64,000 nucleotides of DNA from Haliotis cracherodii (lineage: Eukaryota), in assembly GCF_022045235.1 (NCBI RefSeq), contig NW_027266308.1, forward strand, positions 41,912,001 to 41,976,000. Reading direction: 5' to 3'. Position numbers and translations under genes: made by a program. Positions 11,125 through 22,116 of the stretch are shown one piece after another. Below the pieces are notes generated by a model. That model saw nothing but the letters and a program-made list of their open reading frames with translations, ran no database searches and was not told the DNA's origin. Every line of letters begins with the position of its first letter. The first letter of the stretch is position 1.

Positions 11125-12945
11125 AAGGTAGATGACTGAATGTATGTGTGACGTCTGCTCCACTGTTTTCAGCATGTGCACAGGAAGGTAGATGACTGAA
11201 TGTGTGTGTAACGTCTGCTCCACTGTTTTCAGCATGTACACAGGAAGGTAGATGACTGAATGTGTGTGTGACGTCTGCTCCACTGTTTTCAGCATGTACA
11301 CAGGAAGGTAGTTGACTGGATGTGTGTGTGACGTCTGCTCCACTGTTTTTAGCATATACACAGGAAGGTAGATGCCTGAATGTGTGTGTAACGTCTGGTC
11401 CACTGTTTTCAGCATGTACACAGGAAGGTAGATGACTGGATGTATGTGTGACGTCTGCTCCACTGTTTTCAGCATGTACACAGGAAGGTAGATGACTGGA
11501 TGTATGTGTGACGTCTGCTCCACTGTTTTCAGCATGTACACAGGAAGGTAGATGACTGGATGTATGTGTGACGTCTGCTCCACTGTTTTCAGCATGTACA
11601 CAGGAAGGTAGATGACTGGATGTGTGTGTGATGTCTGCTCCACTGTTTTCAGCATGTACACAGGAAGGTAGATGACTGGATGTGTGTGTAACGTCTGCTC
11701 CACTGTTTTCAGCATGTACACAGGAAGGTAGATGACTGGATGTATGTGTGACGTCTGCTCCACTGTTTTCAGCATGTACACAGGAAGGTAGATGACTGGA
11801 TGTGTGTGTAACGTCTGCTCCACTGTTTTCAGCATGTACACAGGAAGGTAGATGACTGGATGTGTGTGTAACGTCTGCTCCACTGTTTTCAGCATGTACA
11901 CAGGAAGGTAGATGACTGGATGTGTGTGTAACGTCTGCTCCACTGTTTTCAGCATGTACACAGGAAGGTAGATGACTGAATGTGTGTGTAACGTCTGCTC
12001 CACTGTTTTCAGCATGTACACAGGAAGGTAGATGACTGGATGTGTGTGTGACGTCTGCTCCACTGTTTTCAGCATGTACACAGGAAGGTAGATGACTGAA
12101 TGTGTGTGTAACGTCAGCTCCACTGTTTTCAGCATGTACACAGGAAGGTAGATGACTGAATGTGTGTGTGACGTCTGCTCCACTGTTTTCAGCATGTACA
12201 CAGGAAGGTAGATAACTGAATGTGTGTGTAACGTCTGGTCCACTGTTTTCAGCATGTACACAGGAAGGTAGATGACTGGATGTATGTGTGACATCTGGTC
12301 CACTGTTTTCAGCATGTACACAGGAAGGTAGATGACTGGATGTATGTGTGAAATCTGGTCCACTGTTTTCAGCATGTACACAGGAAGGTAGATGACTGGA
12401 TGTATGTGTGACATCTGGTCCACTGTTTTCAGCATGTACACAGGAAGGTAGATGACTGGATGTATGTGTGACGTCTGCTCCACTGTTTTCAGCATGTACA
12501 CAGGAAGGTAGATGACTGGATGTGTGTATGATGTCTGCTCCACTGTTTTCAGCATGTACACAGGAAGGTAGATGACTGGATGTGTGTGTGACGTCTGCTC
12601 CACTGTTTTCAGCATGTACACAGGAAGGTAGATGACTGAATGTGTGTGTGACGTCTGCTCCACTGTTTTCAGCATGTACACAGGAAGGTAGATGACTGGA
12701 TGTGTGTGTGACGTCTGCTCCACTGTTTTCAGCATGTACACAGGAAGGTAGATGACTGGATGTGTGTGTGACGTCTGCTCCACTGTTTTCAGCATGTACA
12801 CAGGAAGGTAGATGACTGGATGTGTGTGTGACGTCTGCTCCACTGTTTTCAGCATGTACACAGGAAGGTAGATGACTGGATGTGTGTATGATGTCTGCTC
12901 CACTGTTTTCAGCATGTACACAGGAAGGTAGATGACTGGATGTAT
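11125..12945 (+). repeat. 60-bp minisatellite (30 units, no indels) made of the splice acceptor and first ~33 nt of exon 9
   Basis: unit cactgttttcag|catgtacacaggaaggtagatgactggatgtgtgtgtgacgtctgctc. Confidence 0.97.
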
Positions 12946-13038
12946 GAGGTGCAGCTGAAGATGATGACATATGACACAGGCTCCTGGTTCAAGGACAAGA
13001 GTGGAGCCTACACATTCCAGCCCAATGGACCAGCAACA
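12913..13038 (+). CDS. MAN2A: alpha-mannosidase II exon 9
   Basis: ttttcag|cat; HVHRKVDDWMYEVQLKMMTYDTGSWFKDKSGAYTFQPNGPAT (SGAYxF motif); aca|gtaagt. Confidence 0.9.
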
Positions 13039-13214
13039 GTAAGTGTTGTTACTAAAATTTTCTCATGGGTAACACAATAAAAACAGCTAGTGTACCCCAT
13101 GAGTTGAAAATCTTAAAATCTGCACAAGGAAAACAGTATATCATCCCACAACACAAACATATCTTATGAAAAACCCTTGATTACATTTGAACCGGCCCTT
13201 GCAAAACAGTCCTG

Positions 13215-13321
13215 TGGCCCATTCCACAAAGCCATCTTAGTGCTACGACTGACGTAAGTCTATGTTAAGGTATGGGAGTTACGATCATCTTAGCACTACG
13301 ATGGCTTTGTGGAACGGGGCC
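13215..13321. mobile_element. PIF/Harbinger-like MITE
   Basis: inverted ends ggcccattccacaaagccatc / gatggctttgtggaacggggcc; ctg on both sides. Confidence 0.55.
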
Positions 13322-13508
13322 CTGGTGGTCATCAAAAGTTTCATTTGCAAGTTAGTGACAACTTGTAAGACATTATGTGACCAATGTGTTTGTTCTGAAA
13401 GAGAAACATAAGGCTGTTAACACCCTTATAAAACTAAGAGTTGAATATGAAAGCTTTTAGTGGAATTGAGATGAGATTATTTAAAAAAACTAAACTAATT
13501 AACTTTAG

Positions 13509-13620
13509 GAGTTGGACATCGAGTACCCTGAGATGATAATGGTGGATGGTCCGGTAATGTCTGCTGTGTACACCTCAGTGCCAGGAATACTTCACTCTGC
13601 TACATTGTATAAAGTAGAAG
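13509..13620 (+). CDS. MAN2A: alpha-mannosidase II exon 10
   Basis: ctttag|gag; ELDIEYPEMIMVDGPVMSAVYTSVPGILHSATLYKVE; g|gtaaga. Confidence 0.85.
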
Positions 13621-14273
13621 GTAAGACATAGTATCCTAGTTCCCCCAAGATGGTGGACGGTCCGGTGATGTCTGTGCCAGGAATACTTCACTCTGCTACA
13701 TTGTATAAAGTAGAAGGTAAGACATAGTATCCTAGTTCCCCCAAGATGGTGGACGGTCCGGTGATGTCTGTGCCAGGAATACTTCACTCTGCTACAGTGT
13801 ATAAAGTAGAAGGTAGGACATAGTATCCTAGTTCCCCCAAGATGGTGGATGGTCAGGTGATGTCTGTGCCAGGAATACTTCACTCTGCTACAGTGTATAA
13901 AGTAGAAGGTAGGACATAGTATCCTAGTTCCCCCAAGATGGTGGATGGTCAGGTGATGTCTGTGCCAGGAATACTTCACTCTGCTACAGTGTATAAAGTA
14001 GAAGGTAGGACATAGTATCCTAGTTCCCCCAAGATGGTGGACGGTCAGGTGATGTCTGTGCCAGGAATACTTCACTCTGCTACAGTGTATAAAGTAGAAG
14101 GTAGGACATAGTATCCTAGTTCCCCCAAGATGGTGGACGGTCAGGTGATGTCTGTGCCAGGAATACTTCACTCTGCTACAGTGTATAAAGTAGAAGGTAG
14201 GACATAGTATCCTAGTTCCCCCAAGATGGTGGACGGTCAGGTGATGTCTGTGCCAGGAATACTTCACTCTGCT
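13578..14273 (+). repeat. 96-bp minisatellite (~7 units) made of the exon 10 3' end, splice donor and intron start
   Basis: unit gtgccaggaatacttcactctgctacattgtataaagtagaag|gtaagacatagtatcctagttcccccaagatggtggacggtccggtgatgtct. Confidence 0.96.
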
Positions 14274-14490
14274 ATAAACTCGAAGGTTGGAGGAGCAACA
14301 TTGGTAACACAATCACTGCATGTAACAAATTTTGAGATAATACTTCATTCCAAAATGCGTGGCAAGGTTGCAATAATGGCGATATATCAATATGTCTGAA
14401 CCCTGTCATGATTCCAGAGCAGAATAGCTCCCAAAGAACCTATACTTGTTGGAAGTACAGGCCACAATAACAAGGTGATGGTTACAGTAT

Positions 14491-14640
14491 GAGTGAGTGA
14501 GCTTTTAGCAATATTCCAGCAATATCACGGCGGGGGGACACCAGAAATGGGCTTCACACATTGTACCCATGTCGGGAATCGAACCCGGGTCTTCGGCGTG
14601 ACGAGCGAACGCTTAAACCACTAGGCTACCCGACCGCCCC
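14491..14640 (-). mobile_element. short tRNA-derived SINE, same family as 38070-38233
   Basis: reverse complement of the 38070 element; TSD-like ggttaca(g/a)tat. Confidence 0.88.
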
Positions 14641-14758
14641 GGTTACAATATGAACCTGGCTGAGTAAGTGGGACTACCCTGACAGAATGGATTTCTGCTC
14701 ATGATATCAAGCACTGGTTTGCTTGCCCTAGACACCTATGTACAGTTTCAAACTAAGA

Positions 14759-15018
14759 GACCCGTGAAGATTCCGGGGTAGAATAGGTCTTCAGCAACCC
14801 ATACTTGCCGTAAAAGGCGACTATGCTTGTCGTAAAAGGCGACTAACGGGATCAGGCTCACTGACTTGGTTGATGCATGTCATCGATCCCAATTGCGTGG
14901 ATCGATGCTCATGATGTCAATCACTGGATACCTGGTCCAGACTTGATTATTTTACAGACCGCTGTCATATAGCTGGAATATTGCTGAGTGTGGCGTTAAA
15001 CAACAAACAAACAAACAA
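14759..15018 (+). mobile_element. 'gacccgtgaag' family retroposon copy
   Basis: full-length similarity, (CAAA)n tail. Confidence 0.85.
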
Positions 15019-15082
15019 ATCAAACTGAGATATTAGTGATTGTGGCACAAAACAACATTCACTCACTAACTGTGTGTCTCAG

Positions 15083-15225
15083 GTTCAGCTGTTGCTGGCC
15101 TTCACCTTGAGAACCTGGTGAACTTGAACAGTGATCGCTGGGACAACAAGGAGCTTGTGATGAGACTGGACTCCAGCATCTACAACAGAGAACACTCCAT
15201 CTGCACCGACCTCAATGGCTTCCAG
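15083..15225 (+). CDS. MAN2A: alpha-mannosidase II exon 11
   Basis: ctcag|gt; LENLVNL...NKELVMRLDSSI...TDLNGFQ; cag|gtcagt. Confidence 0.92.
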
Positions 15226-16121
15226 GTCAGTCATGTTCTCACACACCTCCCTACTTGGGATTTGCTGGAAGGCAAAAACATTCAGCACAGGTTACCTCCC
15301 CTGTTTATATGTTGCCCTTATTACTTCCCTTTCCCTTTGTGTTAAGATTGCTTTGAACAGTATTTCAGTTATGTAACAGCATGTTAAATTAATTTTTCAA
15401 AAATTAAACTATACATTTATATACCGCACTTATCCAGGTACTAGTATCTGCTCAAATTTGTTTTATTTTTCCCCGACCAGTGGATCCATTCGCATTCCAG
15501 TTATCATTCTCAACTCCCTGGAGAGTATACAACCCAAGCTGCCCAGGGGCGCTAGAAGGTTTTGACATCCACCTAAAAAAATCAGGCACCCATTCCCTGC
15601 TTGGTGAACAGAGGCACATTCGAACTAAATCACTTGCCCCGGGTGACGGTACAAGTTTTGACACTTGGGTTTCGGGTGTCTATATGTATTCATGTTCCCA
15701 CCATCTGGTCATCTACCATTGGACGGGTGGGTTCTTTTGAGTCCAAAGGGTGTATGTACTGTACACTAGTGGTAGCGACAACACTGTAAGGACCTGTAAA
15801 CATTGTCGGTCCCAAGGCTGAATAACAACCCGGTCACTAGCGGGATACAATCTCAGCACCAGGGGTCTGCTAGCAAGGCTGGCGCTTTCGAATGCTTGCC
15901 AACTCCGCCCACTCCGCCCCCAGGCATATCAGCTTGATGTGGGCGGACAGCCTGAAGTGATGCCAGGTCTTGGATGGTACACACAAGCACAAGTAATGTG
16001 CTGAATCTTAACCAGGGGTCTCTTTATGTGCCATGCTCTAAAGATTCAAAGGCTGGTTATGAATATTGGGGCGTCAGATAAATGAACATTAATGCTACAA
16101 CCTGCATCATTGGCTGCATTT

Positions 16122-16368
16122 ACCTGTGAAGATCCGGGTTAGAACTGATCTTCAGAAACGCATGCTTGTCACAAGAGGCGACTGACGGGACTGGGTGGCC
16201 AGGCTCGCTGACTTGGTTGATGCATGTCATCGTATCCCAATTGCGGAGATCGATGCTCATGATGTCAATCACTGGATTGTCTGGTCCTGACTTGATTATT
16301 TACAGACCCCCGTCATATAGCTGGATTATTGCTGAGTGCGGCGTTAAAGAACTTACAAACAAACAAAC
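16122..16368 (+). mobile_element. 'gacccgtgaag' family retroposon copy
   Basis: full-length similarity; flanked by duplicated cattggctgcattt. Confidence 0.85.
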
Positions 16369-16639
16369 ATTGGCTGCATTTGATCGATCGATATTTTGGT
16401 GAAGCATAGGTCCCATGTAACCTATGCTTGTTTTGGGAATCGTCTGAAATATGTCAGATGGTTAGACTGTGTATTAGTGCCTACATTGTTTGCTCATGCT
16501 TTTAATCACTGATTTACCTGGTTCAGACTCAATTATCTGCAGGCTGCATTAATGGCTGCATTATTGCTGTCTGAAGTGTTGAACATATTCCGTTACTCAG
16601 TATCATAGTTTGACACCGAAACGCTCCTTGTTGTTCCAG

Positions 16640-16784
16640 ATGCACAGGAAGCAGTATCAATCGAAGCTGACAATGCAGGGCAACTTCCACCCTCTGAGCA
16701 CAGCGGCCTACATTGAGGACAGCTTAGGTTCCCGCCTCACCCTCCTGACCGCGGAGACGCACGGGGTGGCCAACTTGGAGCCAG
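16640..16784 (+). CDS. MAN2A: alpha-mannosidase II exon 12
   Basis: ttccag|atg; KLTMQGNFHPLSTAAYIEDSLGSRLTLLT; g|gtaaga. Confidence 0.92.
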
Positions 16785-17592
16785 GTAAGAAACACATTCA
16801 CCGAGACACAGGCTTGATCAACCTTTAGCCACGTAACACATAGACCAACTTGTCTCTACAAATAGCTACTTACTGTCCCATAATATTATTCAAATAGATT
16901 CCCAATTTAAACATATCGCACTAGCAACACTGCCATCCTGTACATAAACGGTAATGCCACGAAAACTGCAACACATTTCACTTCCTAAAACACTTGCCTT
17001 CAAATATTTAAACATTTTTTCGATCATGCGGCTTTTTATGTACGTATCAGGTTGGAATCATAAAGAGGTGGATATTTTTGGAAAGCGCACAGGGCACAAA
17101 TCAGGTGGTGTTAAGTATCGCCGGTCATGGAGAATAGTTGGATGGGTGACCGCATTGGGCACCTAGACTCCTGAGAGTTTCTAGGGCTTTGGCCCTGCCC
17201 CACACTGAAGCAGATGTAACACGTGTGGCATCTCCTTAGGCACGTGACTTTGTTCAAAATGTGCCTCTGTTCACTTCACCGGGAATGAGTACCCAGTAGG
17301 ATGAGATGGTGATGTGGCTGTTAACTTTTTTGCGTCTACCCTTGTAAAAAATTTTTTATGAGAGTAACTACCCTTGCTGTTTTCAGGTTTTGAGACGTAC
17401 ACAGTTACTGCCCTTGATCCATGTTACTTTACAAAGTGCATAGTGTCTGCTATTGGGACACTTTTTCTCAGAAACAATTGAAGTTAGCTTATCCGTGTGT
17501 ATTTTTGTGTATTCATTTCACATTTAATCATTTTATTCAGATGACTGAAAGTGACCCTAGTGCCTGTCTCTTCTTAAGGTTTTATAGGACTC

Positions 17593-18380
17593 TTTTTTTA
17601 TCCCCCCGACATATAATGACGGGGGGATATAGCCATCAGTATGTCCGTCCGTCTGTCTATCCGTTTGTAATCATTGTTTGTCCGGAGCATATTTCCTAAA
17701 CCGTAGAACCTAGCTTCACAAAACTTGGTACACTTACCAATCAGGCTTAGTAGTAGTGCCTTTTGCTATGTAGAGATTTTTAGAATTTTTTATTTTTGTC
17801 GTTTCCATTGAAATATGATGAACTTAGGGAATTTGAGGGTAGTGCTCTTGTCCAGAGCATATTTCCTAAACCATACAACCTAGCTTCCCAAAATTTGGTA
17901 CACTTAACAATCAGGCTCAGTAGAAGTGCCTTTTGCTATTTAGAGATTTTTCGAATTTTATATTTTTGCCGTTTCCATGGAAATATTATGAACTTAGGAA
18001 ATATGAGGGTACTTCTCTTGTCCAGAGCATATTTTCTAAACCGTAGAACCTAGCTTCTCAAAGCTTTTTACACTTAACAATCAGGCTCAGTAGAAGTGCC
18101 TTTTGCTATTTAGAGATTTTTAGAATTTTATATTTTTCTCGTTTCCATGGAAATATGATGAACTTAGGAAATATGAGGGTACTGCTCTTGTCCAGAGCAT
18201 ATTTTCTAGTTATTTATTTAGTTTGTTATTTATAGATTTTAATCTGTTTAATTTGTAGCCCCTGACATATAATGAAACTAGTTGTCATACAACATGTACA
18301 TTAACTATATCTTTCACAGTACACACAGTTTACCGACATGCCACGTCTGGGAGATATGTCATCTTCCGATGACTCTTGTT
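17593..18380 (+). mobile_element. Helentron-associated non-autonomous element (HINE/DINE-1/pearl type) with internal 170-bp tandem repeats
   Basis: T-run start, tatccccccg/cggggggata short IR, gtcc/gtct microsatellite, ~3 x 170-bp repeats (17680, 17850, 18020, 18190), 3' gtcatc..gatgac hairpin then ttgtt. Confidence 0.75.
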
Positions 18381-18886
18381 TATTGTTTATATTCACTACT
18401 ATGAACAAACAAAATTCTAATGTGCCCCATGGCAGGGGATAGTGTTTGTTTGTTTGTGTAATATGACTACATTTAGGGAGAAAACAGATGGTTTATCCGC
18501 CCTTGGATATATTAAGATAATAAAATGTTTCATTTGACTTTTCACAAAACTGTAGTGACCAACAAACAGACAATGCCATTTAGAAAGTGGTCAAATGTAA
18601 TAGATGATATATTTGGGATAACACTTTCTGAGTAAAGTACAGATTCTCATACTTTTTGGGGGGTTGAGTCCCATCTGAGATTGGAACCCACACTGCCAGA
18701 GTGAGGCACCTAATCGTCAGCACACAAAGTCAGCGATCTAACTCACACAGCCAGCTAGGCTTCCACAAAGAATGTCCGACAGTGACCTACACATGAACTG
18801 CCTTGACTTACGCACAGAACTGTTGTAAGTCAATAACATAACAGAGAGCTGCCACATATTGACCCCCTGGTTTCTCTCCCTGTCAG

Positions 18887-19026
18887 GGTGGCTGGAGGTG
18901 GTGTTAGACCGACGCCTAATGCAGGGGGACTGGCGTGGACTGAATGAGGGGGTCAAGAACAACATGCCCACCCCCAGTCACTTTGTCCTGATGCTGGAGA
19001 AGTCACGCACTAAGCTGGACGCAGGG
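18887..19026 (+). CDS. MAN2A: alpha-mannosidase II exon 13
   Basis: tgtcag|gg; GWLEVVLDRRLMQGDWRGLNEGV; ggg|gtaagt. Confidence 0.92.
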
Positions 19027-19069
19027 GTAAGTAGGGGAGCAATAGTTACATTGTGGACAGGTAAAACCA

Positions 19070-19587
19070 CATCTTCCCGAGGCAAGGGAGTTAACTGACT
19101 ATAAAAGTCAGTTTCCACCCTTGCTGAACTAGGCTGGTATTATGGAGATATGTTTTGGCTGGACTAACGAGTCCAATCAAAATCGCAGAACAAAATCAAC
19201 ATTCGGTTCATAAACAACATGGAGGCTGCCCTGCAGATTTCGTTCTATTGGATTTGCAGAGCATGTGTACCGTTAAATGGGCGTCGACAGATGTTTTCAT
19301 GTTTTTAATCAAGGTGGTTAAGAGATTTGATGTACTTCACGAGGTAAGACCAACCTTATTACAAAAAAGAATCTTGATTATCGATCAGATTGTCTTGACT
19401 GGGCGTCGCTATTTTGTTTGAATCAAATGCAAGTGTTTTGAGAGGTGGAATCCGATTGGTCAATAGGAGGGACATAGAACTGACATAACTCGTAATAGCC
19501 ACTGATGAACCCAGAAATTGCAACCTAATTTGGCAAGGGTGGAAACTGGACTTTTACAGTCAGTTAACTCCTTTGCCTCGGGAGATG
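19070..19587. mobile_element. long-TIR MITE, family copy 2
   Basis: TIRs catcttcccgaggcaaggg / tttgcctcgggagatg; perfect 9-bp TSD gtaaaacca. Confidence 0.88.
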
Positions 19588-19785
19588 GTAAAACCACAGT
19601 ACACAGACATGCAGATGATTTTAATCATGCTTGTCCTCCCCCAAGTTATGATTTTTGTCATATTTTTTGACAAATTTACATGCCTAAAATATTACGGTTA
19701 TCATCACAATGTGAGAAAGTATAACATTCTCAATGCCAAGTGGTTTGAAATCATTTTTAATAGCCTGTATGATACCATAGTGTAG

Positions 19786-20213
19786 GTAGCCAAAAGCATT
19801 TGAAATTATCTTTTATCAAATAACTATTATATGTACATGTCATAGCACTAGTCTTGGAATTGTATATTAGTGGAAACTGTACTTGATTTTTGATGCAATG
19901 ATGCAATTTATGTTACTAGATTATATAGGTATATCCTTGTTTATCCGATGAGCATTGTCAACTAAAATAAAATGCTAATTAAATTGATATATATGTATTT
20001 CGGTTCATTGTCGACTTAAGGAGGAATTATTAGCAGATGAGTTTTCCAAGATCAACTGTTATTTATTTTTGTCTACATATGTGTAGCAACAGAATTTAGA
20101 TGCCACAAGATATTTTTCATGGTAGTCATTTGGCTACCTCTGAATTTTAGACATTGGACAAATTGAAATTTAGGCTGCATTGGCGACAGTTTTAGTCGCA
20201 ACTTTGAGGCCTG
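19786..20213. mobile_element. truncated copy of the MITE at 26571-27134, in inverted orientation
   Basis: reverse-complement similarity; ends aactttgaggcctg. Confidence 0.75.
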
Positions 20214-20349
20214 AGAAACAATTCCTTGTCTGTTTTGGGACTGTACTTGTGTCTCAACATTCTGGAAATTTTTTTTTTAGACCTACAGTATTTGACATAA
20301 TAAGCGCCCAGGGCGCTCTCAAAGTTAGAAATAGGGGGCTCTTATTAGA

Positions 20350-20850
20350 ATATTAGTTTGGTGAAAAACAACAGAGTTGAAAGATTGTAAATTTCGTGGT
20401 TTATGCTGACAGCCTGAAATGTTTATATACGACAGATATATTTTTTCCAGAATTTAATTTCCCATAAATAAGAATGCATATAACATATGTATTATACACG
20501 AATAAATAAGTCATGTGTACATTGATCAATCGGGATTGTTCACTAGCCAAGTACTGTATTACAAGAGAAGTGTACCATTTATGCAATTTTAACCCAGCCT
20601 TGAGCTCGTTATTTTTGGCCTCAAAGAGAATTTTGTTTCAGATGAAACCTTTGACCTGATATTGTTAATGGCAAAATTTTACATTTACAATTGCAATGTT
20701 TCTAACACCACTCTAAGCTTGATACATTTCAAAAGTGTTCTTCAGGATAGATACTGTGTTGAGAAGAACAGGTGTTATACGAAAAGTGATCAAGTGAAGT
20801 TTTATCAGAAATGGATGCTGTACCATTCTCTTTATAATTGTTTATAATGT
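20350..20850 (+). pseudogene. decayed LINE ORF2 C-terminal fragment (L1/Tx1-like)
   Basis: DLILLMAKFYIYNC...FKSVLQDRYCVEK...FYQKW resembles Tx1/L1 C-termini; frameshifted upstream; boundaries approximate. Confidence 0.4.
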
Positions 20851-21130
20851 TATCAACTGATTATCACACTGATGAGGATGTCTCTCCATATGTCAGGTTT
20901 ACCAAAGTACACAGATCAACTGTGAAAACACCATTGACACAGCTATACAACGGTACATATACATGTAGATTGTACAAGACACAATGCAAGTTGATCAGTA
21001 ATCAAATATTTATGTCTATAAGAATATTTACGGACAGCATTATCATGGCAGGAATATGTTTTGACAAACTGGTGACATTGACACTGTGATCAGTTGTAAC
21101 ACCGCTAGTACTGGCTGGGGACTTGGCTGC

Positions 21131-21211
21131 ATGAATGAATGAATGAATGAATGAATGAATGAATGAATGAATGAATGAATGAATGAATGAATGAATGAAT
21201 GAATGAATGAA
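21131..21211 (+). repeat. (GAAT)n microsatellite, ~20 units
   Basis: read directly from sequence. Confidence 0.97.
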
Positions 21212-21828
21212 TTTATTTCCTCTAGAAGTTACATCCGAAGATTTACAAAATCTCTGATATTCTCAGAGCTAATGCATTGTGCTAGTATTTGTATAGATGG
21301 CTGCATTATTGACATATAAAATACATACACATACACACACATACACACACATATATTTTTGTCATTTACTATGTACACAAGTGAGCACTATTACGATATG
21401 ACAGATTAATTTGGGGTAAATCTAATACGTTTCTGAAATTTAAGACATATTCACAGAATATCAATGATATGTTTTACCATGTAAACTGGTTCATTATTCA
21501 AGATTGTATGTTTATGAGCCCCAGAATAGTGTGAGCATATCATTTTCTTCCAGAAGTTCAATTTGAACATATTTTTCGATATCAAGTTTGTCATAGAGGC
21601 TCTGGGCTCCTTGATATTAATTTTTGTTAAGATAATTTAACAACCAATTTTTTATCTGTACGAAATGTTCATTTCAGAGACAAGATGTTAGTCTACCTGC
21701 AGTGATATTATTTGAATATTGCTAAAATGGCATAAAACAATAGTCATTCACACACGATAATACACTGCAGTTTTTGTACCTCATTGATTATTCTCCAAAT
21801 TTCTAAATATACATTTTCTTTGTTCCAG

Positions 21829-22116
21829 CCACCAGTGCCTGCCTGCTTCCCCTCCGCCACCAGCCACCTGTTGTCCCAGTCGCTCCTCCACCCCCTGTCA
21901 GTGGGCGTGGTCAACACAGGGGGAGATGCTCTGGGTACCAGGTACCTGTCCCAGCTGTCTCTGGTCCGGCAACCTCTACCTCCCGCCCTGGGGCTGGTCA
22001 ACCTGCGTACACTGAGGGTGAATGACACTGTGGCAGTGACAAGCTTGCTTATAGTCCACCAGGCTGGGCTGGACTGTGATGTCACTGAGACACTGGAAGA
22101 TGAGCAGACTATTCAG
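21829..22116 (+). CDS. MAN2A: alpha-mannosidase II exon 14
   Basis: ttccag|cca; FPSATSHLLSQSLLHP...LPPALGLVNLRTL...LLIVHQAGLDC; cag|gtgagt. Confidence 0.88.

Noticed and set aside
11107-11133. Alternative proximal acceptor tttcag at 11112 for exon 9
   Set aside because: Gives tgt tga, an immediate stop in the required frame.
10930-12970. 663-aa and 627-aa minus-strand repetitive ORFs
   Set aside because: By-products of a 60-bp unit with stop-free frames, antisense to a mannosidase intron; two overlapping frames are equally open.
13575-14312. 245-aa His-rich minus-strand ORF
   Set aside because: Translation of the 96-bp minisatellite.
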